The notes below the pieces were generated by a model. The model had not been told where the DNA came from, ran no database searches, and worked only from the letters and a program-made list of their open reading frames with translations. Shown here one piece after another: positions 20,230 to 29,350 of a stretch of 64,000 bases of DNA. Origin of the DNA: Promethearchaeia archaeon (lineage in GTDB: Archaea > Asgardarchaeota > Lokiarchaeia > Sigyniarchaeales > SOKP01). The position numbers and the translations under genes were made by a program. The DNA is taken from assembly GCA_029856145.1 (NCBI GenBank), contig JAHQWK010000012.1:64001-128000 (forward strand). The letters run 5' to 3'. Position 1 is the first letter of the stretch. Every line of letters begins with the position of its first letter.

Positions 20230-21192
20230 ATGTTTCTTAAAAATATCGCTGAAAGCATTAGGAATAACAAATATATCATAGAAAAGAAAGAGATTAATCC
20301 CATTGTTCAATTTATAGATGAAAATTCTTTTAAAAGTTCTAAGATATTTTCGGATATAGGTGAAGATGCTGCAGCTGTTAAAGATAATAAGAAATTAAAC
20401 TTAATCACAACTGATAGAATAAGGACTAAATTTATCGAAAATTTTCCATTTGGAGCAGGTTTTAGCTCAATTTTAGTCAGTGTTGATGATATTTATGCGT
20501 GTGGGGGTACTCCACTAGCAGCGAGTATAATTATTTCTGTAAAAGACCTTAGAACATGTAGTGAACTATTAAAAGGAATTTGTGAAGGTTCAAAAAAATT
20601 TCAAGTACCTATTATACGAGGTCATACTAATGTTCGTAGTAAATGCTATGAGTTAAGTTCTACTATGATTGGGGAAATAAATAAAGAAGATTATATTTCT
20701 GCAGGTGGTGCTCAAGTGAATGATAATATTATCCTTGCAGTTGACTTTGATGGAAAAATAGGAAAAGCTAGTAAATTATATTATGATACTACTACATATA
20801 AATCATCAGAAGAAGTTCTCAATAAAAGAAAAGCTATGAATGTTGTAGCAAATAAACATTTAGCTAATGCCTCAAAAGATGTCTCGAATGGAGGAATATT
20901 TGGAGCATTATTACAAATGATTAAATATTCAGAAGTAGGAGCTGATGTAAATGTTAACAAAATTAATATTCCTTCTATTTTAATTGAGAGTGATTATAAT
21001 TTAGAAACTTATATTCAAATGTATTTAACTACATCCTTTATATTAACTACTCCAGAAGATAATTGTAATAAAACAATTGAAATATTTAGAGAGCATAAAA
21101 TGAATGCTCAAGTAATAGGAAAAATTATTAAAGAAAAAAATCTTTTGAAAATAAACGATGGTAATGAATCAATTGATGTCATAAGATTTTAA
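20230..21192 (+). CDS. AIR synthase (PurM-like) related protein
   Basis: GEDAA, VSVDDIYACGGTP, IIRGHT, KDVSNGGIFG. Confidence 0.8.
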   Translation: MFLKNIAESIRNNKYIIEKKEINPIVQFIDENSFKSSKIFSDIGEDAAAVKDNKKLNLITTDRIRTKFIENFPFGAGFSSILVSVDDIYACGGTPLAASIIISVKDLRTCSELLKGICEGSKKFQVPIIRGHTNVRSKCYELSSTMIGEINKEDYISAGGAQVNDNIILAVDFDGKIGKASKLYYDTTTYKSSEEVLNKRKAMNVVANKHLANASKDVSNGGIFGALLQMIKYSEVGADVNVNKINIPSILIESDYNLETYIQMYLTTSFILTTPEDNCNKTIEIFREHKMNAQVIGKIIKEKNLLKINDGNESIDVIRF

Positions 21193-21277
21193 ATATTTTT
21201 AGTATAATCTAATCCTAATTCTCCAAGATAAGTGTGCTTATAATAATAAAAAAATAAAATAAAAGAGTAAGATTACT

Positions 21278-21838
21278 ATGAATTTTGATTTTAAAAATAA
21301 ATTTAATGGTGTTGTTTCAGTAATTGGAGCAAGTGATATTAATAAAGATATTAAAGATAAAACTATCGAAATTGGAAGATTGATTGCAAAAAATAATTAT
21401 GTTATAGTATGTGGGGGGCTATCAGGTGTAATGGAAGCAGTATGTAAAGGTGCGAAGGAAGAAGGAGGTTTTACTGTAGGTATAATCCCCTCGGCAGAGA
21501 AATCAATAGCAAATAAATATATAGATTTAGTCATTCCATGTCCCTTTTCACAAGCTAGAAATATAGTTGTCGTTCTAACAGGTGATGTATGTTTAGCTAT
21601 AAGTGGTAAAGCTGGTACTTTATCAGAGATTTCATTTGCTTGGATATATCTAAAACCAATTGTCGCATTGACAGATGTAGAGGGTTGGTCTTCAAAAATT
21701 GCCAATCAAAAATTAGATGATAGAAGGGCTGATATGATTTATGGAGTGAAATCACCTCAAGAGGCAATCGAAAAAATAAATGAATTATTTAAAAAAGATA
21801 AATTGAAGGGAGATTTAAGTTTTACCAATAATTTTTAA
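21278..21838 (+). CDS. LOG/TIGR00725 family nucleotide phosphoribohydrolase-like protein
   Basis: CGGLSGVMEAVCKGA, ARN, GKAGTLSEI. Confidence 0.88.
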   Translation: MNFDFKNKFNGVVSVIGASDINKDIKDKTIEIGRLIAKNNYVIVCGGLSGVMEAVCKGAKEEGGFTVGIIPSAEKSIANKYIDLVIPCPFSQARNIVVVLTGDVCLAISGKAGTLSEISFAWIYLKPIVALTDVEGWSSKIANQKLDDRRADMIYGVKSPQEAIEKINELFKKDKLKGDLSFTNNF

Positions 21839-22590
21839 ATTTTTTGCAATCTTAAAAAGAAATATTCTTCCTCTAATTCTTGCTCAATTATCTTAAATCT
21901 TACAGTTTTTGCTAATTCAATAAAATAATTAATATCTTGTTCTTTATTCCAACGTGTTCCATAACCTGTTATTATTTTTTTATTTTTCATTTGAATTTTC
22001 ATTGGAATTACATAAATTTCTTTCTTTTCATTTGTTTTTTTTGGAAGTTTTAAATCCCATAATACCAATTCCCCTTCTTCTCTTAATACTCTATAAATTT
22101 CCTTAAATACTTTTTTATGATCACTTTTAGGTATATACATTATTGAAAAAAAAGCTGTAACCATATCAAAAGTGTTATCCAGAAATTTTAAATCTTTAGC
22201 ATCCATTATGATTTTAAGGCTTTCAATATCACCTGCCTCAAGAGCTTCTTCAAGTTCACTTTTTCTGAAATCTATTGAAACAACATTGTCTCCTTTCAAT
22301 TGACCTATTATACCTTCTCCTCCACCACCTATATCTAGAATTCTCCCATTTAAGTTTATGTTATTTAAATTAATCTCTTGAGGATTGGTAAAAAAGATTT
22401 TGATCCCCTCTTTTTTTCCTACAAATTCCTCAATATTTTCCTTAGGAGCATACCACTCTTCTTCAATTTTTTTTCCTTTCAGTTTTCCAGTTTCTAAATG
22501 ATTTCTAATAGTATCTTCAGTTTCTCCGCTTATGAACATTTCTGCAATTTCTAAAATATCGTAATATCTGACGTTATTTATTTCTCTCAT
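21835..22590 (-). CDS. HTH (excisionase-like) + class I SAM-dependent methyltransferase
   Basis: N-terminal EIAEM..TIRNHLETGKLKGKKI..W; ILDIGGGGEG, MDAKDLKF.DNTFD. Confidence 0.8.
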   Translation of the reverse strand: MREINNVRYYDILEIAEMFISGETEDTIRNHLETGKLKGKKIEEEWYAPKENIEEFVGKKEGIKIFFTNPQEINLNNINLNGRILDIGGGGEGIIGQLKGDNVVSIDFRKSELEEALEAGDIESLKIIMDAKDLKFLDNTFDMVTAFFSIMYIPKSDHKKVFKEIYRVLREEGELVLWDLKLPKKTNEKKEIYVIPMKIQMKNKKIITGYGTRWNKEQDINYFIELAKTVRFKIIEQELEEEYFFLRLQKI

Positions 22591-22752
22591 ATTTACCTTT
22601 AAAATAGAGCATTTATTTATTTTTTTTTATTTATTTACAATCTAAAATATAATGCAAAATCTAAATAAAGGATGTTATAATTTTTAATTTACAAAAAGAA
22701 TATATTTATATACCAATTACTTTTATAACTTTAAAGTAGGTGAAATTTAACT

Positions 22753-23718
22753 TTGGAAAAGAATCTTAAACAATCAATCTTGTATCTAAAGAAGGAGGAA
22801 CCCACAAAACCCGAAGTTTCAAAAATAATGTTCACAGGCCTCGATGATGCAGGCAAAACAAGTATAATTTTATCACTTCAAAGAGAATTTTCCAAGATTG
22901 CCATTTTATCTCCAACAAGAGGGGCTCAGAGAAGGATATTCGACTTTTTGGGTAAAGAAATTTCGGAATGGGATTTAGGTGGACAATTAGCTTATCGAAT
23001 AGCCTATTTAAAAAACCCTGGTAAATATTTTGAAGGAACAGAAATTGCAATCTATGTAATTGATATTCAAAATAAACCGAGAATCGCTGAAGCTATAAGC
23101 TATTTTAAAGATGTAATAGAACAATTTAAAAAATTGGAAATTGAACCACCAATATATGTATTTCTTCATAAATATGATCCTGCTCTAAGAAGGAGTGCTC
23201 AAAACGAAATGGAAGCCGTAGTAATAGATTTAAAAGACAAACTAAGAGCTACTAAATATAAAGAAATTTATTATTATGAAACATCTATTTATGATTTTGG
23301 CTCAATTATGACCGCTATGTCTGAAGTTCTATTAAGTTTATATCCAAAATCAGAATTAATAGAAAAAACCATTGTTGAATTCGCTAAAAAAGTAGATTCA
23401 GAAGGAGTTGTCGTGATTGATGATAATTCCCTTATAATCGGTTCATATTATAAAGATGATGAAACAAGACACCTCCTAACGGCTTCAACTCCCTATTTTC
23501 TTACATTGCACGATTCATTTCAATACACCGGAGTGGAAGAGAGACATGAGAATCGGATGATTGTCCAGCGTTTTGGGAAAAACTTTATATTTAAACAAAT
23601 CGTATTAAAAAAGGAATCATCACCATATTATCTACTACTTCTTAAAGAAGACCCCGTTTTTCATAAAGAAGATCTTGAATCTTTTGCGAATCTATTAAAG
23701 GAGATTCTCTATAAATAA
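22753..23718 (+). CDS. Rag/Gtr-like GTPase with C-terminal roadblock domain
   Basis: GLDDAGKT, PTRG, WDLGGQ, Rag-type G4 HKYD and G5 ETSIYD; C-terminal VVIDDNSLIIG. Confidence 0.82.
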   Translation: MEKNLKQSILYLKKEEPTKPEVSKIMFTGLDDAGKTSIILSLQREFSKIAILSPTRGAQRRIFDFLGKEISEWDLGGQLAYRIAYLKNPGKYFEGTEIAIYVIDIQNKPRIAEAISYFKDVIEQFKKLEIEPPIYVFLHKYDPALRRSAQNEMEAVVIDLKDKLRATKYKEIYYYETSIYDFGSIMTAMSEVLLSLYPKSELIEKTIVEFAKKVDSEGVVVIDDNSLIIGSYYKDDETRHLLTASTPYFLTLHDSFQYTGVEERHENRMIVQRFGKNFIFKQIVLKKESSPYYLLLLKEDPVFHKEDLESFANLLKEILYK

Positions 23719-23911
23719 GAGAATTGATTGTGTTTTAATTCCGTTTGAATACGTTGTATCTTAGTTTTCCTATTACTAACATTAATAAAACTAGATTTTT
23801 ACTTATATTTTATAGAATAAAATCAAAAAAAATATAATTTCACTTTGTATATAATAAAATAAAATTGAATGAAAAGATTGACCAAGATACTCGCATAGTG
23901 GAGAAAATATA

Positions 23912-24982
23912 TTGATTATATGTCAGAATTGTGGAACTACAAATAATGAAGCAATTACCAATACTTGTAGGACATGTGGAGCATTACTACCCGTCTCTTC
24001 GAAATCCTCAAGATCGAGAAGAATAAAAACAGATAAAAAAAAGAAAGAGAAACAAAAACCTACTGAGCAACCACCAATTGAATCTGGTGAATTGGAAGAT
24101 ATTGGAGAAGAAAAATTGGAGCTACAAGAAATTCCAAAAGAAGAAAAATTGATTGGTGAAGAAGTTGAATTACAAGAGATTCCGAAGCCTTCAATTGAAG
24201 AAGTTGAAAGTAAAACTCCTCCAAAAAAGGAAGAAGTATCTGAAGCAACTAAATCAGAAATTTTGCAAGAAATTCCTGCTCAACCTTATAGAGGGACTAT
24301 TTTAAACTCACAAAGGGGCTTTCAACCACCACCTCGCTCCACGAATGCTATATCGGATGCTTTTATGGAGCTTAAAAATTCTGTTATAGACGGTCAAGAG
24401 AAAAAGCAGTCAGTTCCATTAACACCAATACCCTCAGAAACTACTGAAAGTAATGCAGCTGTTTTAAGACAGAAACAATTAGAAAAAGACATGACTAAAG
24501 TGTTAGGCTTCCTTTCAAAAAAAATTTCAGTAAAGAAATTAGAAATTCCTGAATCTGCAACTACAGGGAAAATAAAACAAAAGGAAGAAATACCTCCTTC
24601 TAGCATGAATGAAATTTTAAAACGATTAATTACATTAGATCTGAACATTGAAGCATCAGCAATTATTAAAACGGATGGGACGATATTGGCTTCAGCAATA
24701 TCAAGTAGAATTTCTGATTCTTTATTTGCAACTATAGGAATGAATCTTTCTATGATGGGTTCAGATATAATTGAAGGATTAGATGCGGGTAAATTGAAGA
24801 CTATTTCCGTCCGTGGCTCAGAAGGAGTTTTAGACCTTGCTCCTATAGATAAAGAAGATCTAAGTGTTAAAGATATGATTTTAATAATACTAAGTCATCC
24901 AAAAACTAAAAGTGGAATAATATCATTTGCAGTTAACATAGTAAAAAAACAAATAAAAGAGTATTTAGGTTTACAAAAGTAA
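23912..24982 (+). CDS. Zinc-ribbon + disordered linker + roadblock/LC7 (MglB-like) domain protein
   Basis: CQNC..CRTC; E/P/K-rich linker; IEASAIIKTDGTILASA roadblock signature. Confidence 0.8.
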   Translation: MIICQNCGTTNNEAITNTCRTCGALLPVSSKSSRSRRIKTDKKKKEKQKPTEQPPIESGELEDIGEEKLELQEIPKEEKLIGEEVELQEIPKPSIEEVESKTPPKKEEVSEATKSEILQEIPAQPYRGTILNSQRGFQPPPRSTNAISDAFMELKNSVIDGQEKKQSVPLTPIPSETTESNAAVLRQKQLEKDMTKVLGFLSKKISVKKLEIPESATTGKIKQKEEIPPSSMNEILKRLITLDLNIEASAIIKTDGTILASAISSRISDSLFATIGMNLSMMGSDIIEGLDAGKLKTISVRGSEGVLDLAPIDKEDLSVKDMILIILSHPKTKSGIISFAVNIVKKQIKEYLGLQK

Positions 24983-25016
24983 AGAGCTTATAAGGAAACA
25001 GATAAAACTGGATTCA

Positions 25017-25808
25017 TTATAACCTTTGTTGTATACTCAATTTATTAATTTTAACAATTTTGAAATAGCATAAATTTTTATGCAATTCTTGTAAAAATGA
25101 ATTCAATTCATAAATAGAAACCAGAGGAATTTGATTGCTATTAATTTTGATGCTATTGTCTTCAACGGTAACCATCATTGGTATTAAAAGAAATGGTAAT
25201 CTTTTTTTTAAGTCTACTTTTGTACCTAATGAATCTTGAATAATTCTTGAGAAAACTTCAGGATTTTTTTTCAGCGCGATAGCCCGCCGATATTGTAGAT
25301 CTGCCGCTTTATTGATCGAACTAAATGAGTCTTTCCGTTTCCACTGTTTTGCATCAATAAGTAACACATATTTTAAATTAATTCCAATAATATCAATTTC
25401 ATATTTTTTTTGAGAAGTTTTAAATTTAAAATTGGATTTATCTGAGAACCTAAAATTCCTAGTAGTTTCATAACCATTTTTTGAAAGAATTTTTTGTACA
25501 AAAATCTCAAAACCACTATAATTTAAAATCTCTGAGATTTGTCTTATATCTAGTTCTAAAATTTTGAAAGCTTCTGTAATAAATAAAATCTTATTTATTA
25601 CAATATAGAATTGATAATTGCCTTTTTTAAGAGAAATAAAATTGAAATTTCCTATAAATTCCTTTAGGTCAGAATCATTAAACTGATTTAAAAAGGGAAT
25701 TTTTGAAAATTCTAACCAAATTTCGATAACATCTGTATTAGTTTCTCTTAATATATGAAAGATTTCAACAAAAAATTGCTTTAATAAATTCTCAGTGAAG
25801 ACTTTCAT
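25017..25808 (-). CDS. PD-(D/E)xK restriction endonuclease-like (Mrr-type) protein
   Basis: FE.FV..IL...GY, YEIDIIG, LIDAKQW. Confidence 0.75.
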   Translation of the reverse strand: MKVFTENLLKQFFVEIFHILRETNTDVIEIWLEFSKIPFLNQFNDSDLKEFIGNFNFISLKKGNYQFYIVINKILFITEAFKILELDIRQISEILNYSGFEIFVQKILSKNGYETTRNFRFSDKSNFKFKTSQKKYEIDIIGINLKYVLLIDAKQWKRKDSFSSINKAADLQYRRAIALKKNPEVFSRIIQDSLGTKVDLKKRLPFLLIPMMVTVEDNSIKINSNQIPLVSIYELNSFLQELHKNLCYFKIVKINKLSIQQRL

Positions 25809-25916
25809 TATTTTTAATAAGGAAATTTAGAAAAATAAAACATGGAGAGTAAGAAAATTTTTAAATTTAATCAGTTAATAATTTTTTTTTTTAAGGTTTA
25901 GAGATATTATTAATCT

Positions 25917-27719
25917 ATGGACTTATTACCAAAAGTATTTAGAACTGAAGGGAATATTGCAGAATTTGATTCATCCAAAATTTTTGAAAGTATTTTAAAA
26001 GAAACAGGAATGAGTGAAAAAGATACTAAATATATAACAGAATTAGTAGTTAGAAGAATAATAAGCTCAGGTATTAAATTTCTTTCTGGACCTCATATAA
26101 GAGAAATTGTTTGTTCAATTCTTTCAGAACAACATTTTGAAAATGAACGTAAATTATATACAAGAATAGGAATGCCATTAATGGATTACGAAGAAATTCT
26201 TGAAAAAGGTCAAAGCGATAAACCACATGAACGTATAAATCCAGAAAAAATACAACATTGGGCTGCAAATCAAATAGCTGAAGAATATGCCCATTTAAGA
26301 ATATTAAAAAATGAGGAATCAAAAGCGCATCTTGCTGGTGATATCCATATTAATGGTTTAAATTATTTTGTTCTAAGACCATTCAGTCAAATATGGGATC
26401 CTCGACTTATTCTAAAACATGGACTTCCCTCAATGAAAAACTTGAAGGGATATTATAAGCATAATCCTGCAAAAAATCTAAATTCTGCCTTGTATCAATT
26501 AACTAAATGGTTGGAAATGATACAAGATGAATTTTATGGGAATCAAAGTTTTAATTTTATCAGTACTTTCTTAGCACCATATTTAGATGATTTATCTGAA
26601 GAAGAAATAATTAAAGAAATTCAGAGTTTTATTTACGAAAACAATCTATTGCCTCTTACAATCGGACGAAAAGCTCCCCAAATATCGATTTTTTCATCAA
26701 TTTCTGTTTTCAAAGAACTATTAGATATTCCAGCAATAGTCCCGGGTGGAAAAATCAAAAATGTGTATGGAAATTATCATAACCAATGTAATCAGTTGTT
26801 TAAAGCTTTATTACTAGTTTTTAAAGAGATATCTCAGAAATATCCCCTTCTTTCATTACCAAAACATTACATATTATTAGATTATAAATTTATGAATTTG
26901 ATTGAAAATATTTACCCTAAATTCTGGGACGAAAATGAGTTGATAAACTCCTCTTATTTTTTGAAATTTCATCCCAATTCCTATAGATTTAAAAATTTAG
27001 AATATTTGGTAAGCGAAAAATATCACAATTATGGTATACTTCAAAATATTAGCTTAAATTTACCCAGATATGCGTTTACCACGAAAGATGAAGATAGATT
27101 TTTGGCATTATTAAGATCAAAGTTAGATTTATGCTCAAATATTTTGTTAAAAAAATATGATATAATAAAGAAAAGAATCCATTCAAACCATTTACCACTT
27201 TGTGGCACTGTTATTAATGGAGAAACGATATTTAAATTAGAAAATCAAGGTTTATCAATTAGTTTAGTAGGGCTAAATGAAGCAATTAGATATTTGACTA
27301 ATTACGATCTCCATGAAAACTTAAAAACAATTGAATTCGGTAAGAAAATCTTAACTGAAATAAATCAATTATGTTCAGAATTATCTGAAGAATATGATAA
27401 AATATTTTTATTAAGTGAAAATCTTTCAGAAAAAGCTATAAATAGATTTACTCAATTAGATTTAAAACAATTTCCAAAGGAAGTAAGATTTGTTTCCAAT
27501 AATAAAAACTATACTAATTCTGTTCATTTCCGTGAAGATGCGGATATAGATTTATTAGATAGAGTGAAAATTCAAGAAGATTTTCATAAACTCATTCATA
27601 AAGGGGCAATTACCTATATCTCCTTAAAAGACTTAAAAAGAAGCGAATTAAAAATTAAAGATTTCTTAACAAAAATTGCTAAGGAATCAAGGATATCAAA
27701 TTTAAAATTTCATGCTTAA
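25917..27719 (+). CDS. ATP-cone NrdD-like (class III RNR) protein lacking catalytic residues
   Basis: ATP cone (KVFRTEG..LSGPHIREIV), AHLAGDIHI, NLPR, VGLNE, YTNSVH; no glycyl radical or zinc C-terminal domain. Confidence 0.8.
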   Translation: MDLLPKVFRTEGNIAEFDSSKIFESILKETGMSEKDTKYITELVVRRIISSGIKFLSGPHIREIVCSILSEQHFENERKLYTRIGMPLMDYEEILEKGQSDKPHERINPEKIQHWAANQIAEEYAHLRILKNEESKAHLAGDIHINGLNYFVLRPFSQIWDPRLILKHGLPSMKNLKGYYKHNPAKNLNSALYQLTKWLEMIQDEFYGNQSFNFISTFLAPYLDDLSEEEIIKEIQSFIYENNLLPLTIGRKAPQISIFSSISVFKELLDIPAIVPGGKIKNVYGNYHNQCNQLFKALLLVFKEISQKYPLLSLPKHYILLDYKFMNLIENIYPKFWDENELINSSYFLKFHPNSYRFKNLEYLVSEKYHNYGILQNISLNLPRYAFTTKDEDRFLALLRSKLDLCSNILLKKYDIIKKRIHSNHLPLCGTVINGETIFKLENQGLSISLVGLNEAIRYLTNYDLHENLKTIEFGKKILTEINQLCSELSEEYDKIFLLSENLSEKAINRFTQLDLKQFPKEVRFVSNNKNYTNSVHFREDADIDLLDRVKIQEDFHKLIHKGAITYISLKDLKRSELKIKDFLTKIAKESRISNLKFHA

Positions 27720-27870
27720 ATAAATTAAATAGTTTAGTAAAAAAAGTATTTAATAAGAATAACTTTTTTGATAATAGTAAAGTAATATTAGGATTTTATA
27801 ATATTTTAAAATTAAAAACCTAATGAACTATAATAAAGTAAGAATTTCCTAAAAAATAAATGGGGATCAT

Positions 27871-29334
27871 TTGACAAAAACTAAAGAAAAGCAAAAGAAA
27901 CAGAAGCCGACAAAACAAGAAGTTCCAGATACCAAATTAAATATTATTAACGCAGTGGTTTTGAGCATATTCGATGAAAATGGACCAACACCGAAAATTT
28001 TTTGGCCTGATGATTTAGATGAACAAGCTGGGCTTTTAATTGCTATGAAAACTATTAGTTTATTAATGGGTGATGCAACATATCAAGATGGAATAGGAAC
28101 AGAAGGAGTTAACTATTTTGGAATACTTCCCTTCCCTGATTTAAAATTAAATGGATTAACTTATTTTTTCTTAATACCTGATGATAATGCTCGGGGTAAA
28201 GCTTTAGCGGCAACAATAACAGTTTTAATTGATGAAAAGAATAAAGTATTCTTCTATGAAAATATGAAGTATTTAAGAGTTATAATGGATAAAGCGGCTA
28301 CTCAAATTCAATTCAATAAAGACCGTGATGAACGAGAAATAATTATAGATGAGTTAAGAGAAGAGCTCGTCGAATTCACCAAAGAATTAAAAGATCCCTT
28401 TTCCACGAAACGACAATTGAAAATATTACTAACTGGATTAGATAAAGCAGGAAAAACGAGTTTTATGCTAGGGATAAACAGGAAATATTCTGAAATTATA
28501 AAATCCATGCCAACTAAAGGTGTTGAAAGGACAGAGGAAAACATATTTGACGAGCAAAATTCCCAAATTTCTTTGTGGGACCTTGGAGGTCAAGAAAAAT
28601 ATAGAGAAAGATATCTCGAACAAAGTGAAGTTTATTTATACAATATTGATTTAATGTTTTTTTTCATTGATATTCAAGACGTAGATAGGATCGAGAAGGC
28701 ACTTAGTTTATTTAGAAAGATTTTAAATATATTGATTGAATTTGATGAATTTCCCCCAATTGTTGTTTGTCTTAATAAATTTGATCCAGATCTTAAAGGT
28801 TCTAAAGAAATTTTTAAGAATTTAGAAGTAATAGCAGATGCGATTAAGGAAAATTCTGAGAGATTTTTTATTAAGATTTTCCAAACAACAATTTTTGATC
28901 ATTGGAGTCTTATTTCAGCATATTCTTTTGGTCTATCTCAATTAAGCCCTAATCGTGAATTATTTAGGAATCAATTGAAAAAATTTGCTAAAAAAACTAA
29001 TTCAGATGCAATATTACTACTTAACGAGAATGGTTTAATATTATCAAATTTTTCTAAAACTGATATCTCTGGAAAGTTATTTGAGATAATTGCCCCGTAC
29101 TACAAAAATCTTTATAAAACATTCGAAGAATTTAAATTACTGGAACAGGATTTTATAGTATCTTCCGGAATCGCTGATGAGTCTAAAAAAGTGATTTTCA
29201 AAAAAATTACTGTTGAAAAGTACAATTTATATCTCCTTCTATTCTTAGAAAAGTCTTTAGAAATTGAGAAAATTGAAAAAAATTTACCTGAGTTTTCAAA
29301 AAATCTCATTGAATTAATTCATACATACATTTAA
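27871..29334 (+). CDS. uDENN/longin + Rag/Arf-like GTPase + roadblock domain fusion
   Basis: SIFDENGPTP..WP; GLDKAGKT, PTKG, WDLGGQ, NKFD; LLLNENGLILS; paralog of 18633-20135. Confidence 0.82.
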   Translation: MTKTKEKQKKQKPTKQEVPDTKLNIINAVVLSIFDENGPTPKIFWPDDLDEQAGLLIAMKTISLLMGDATYQDGIGTEGVNYFGILPFPDLKLNGLTYFFLIPDDNARGKALAATITVLIDEKNKVFFYENMKYLRVIMDKAATQIQFNKDRDEREIIIDELREELVEFTKELKDPFSTKRQLKILLTGLDKAGKTSFMLGINRKYSEIIKSMPTKGVERTEENIFDEQNSQISLWDLGGQEKYRERYLEQSEVYLYNIDLMFFFIDIQDVDRIEKALSLFRKILNILIEFDEFPPIVVCLNKFDPDLKGSKEIFKNLEVIADAIKENSERFFIKIFQTTIFDHWSLISAYSFGLSQLSPNRELFRNQLKKFAKKTNSDAILLLNENGLILSNFSKTDISGKLFEIIAPYYKNLYKTFEEFKLLEQDFIVSSGIADESKKVIFKKITVEKYNLYLLLFLEKSLEIEKIEKNLPEFSKNLIELIHTYI

Positions 29335-29350
29335 AAAAAAGAAAAAAATT

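Noticed and set aside
20230-21192. Selenophosphate synthetase (SelD), given the Sec gene in the window
   Set aside because: PurM-like fold, but it lacks the N-terminal G(C/U)xxK motif and has no in-frame UGA; better called an AIR synthase-related protein.
25017-25808. Defence island or restriction-modification system
   Set aside because: Solitary nuclease with no DNA methyltransferase or other defence genes adjacent.
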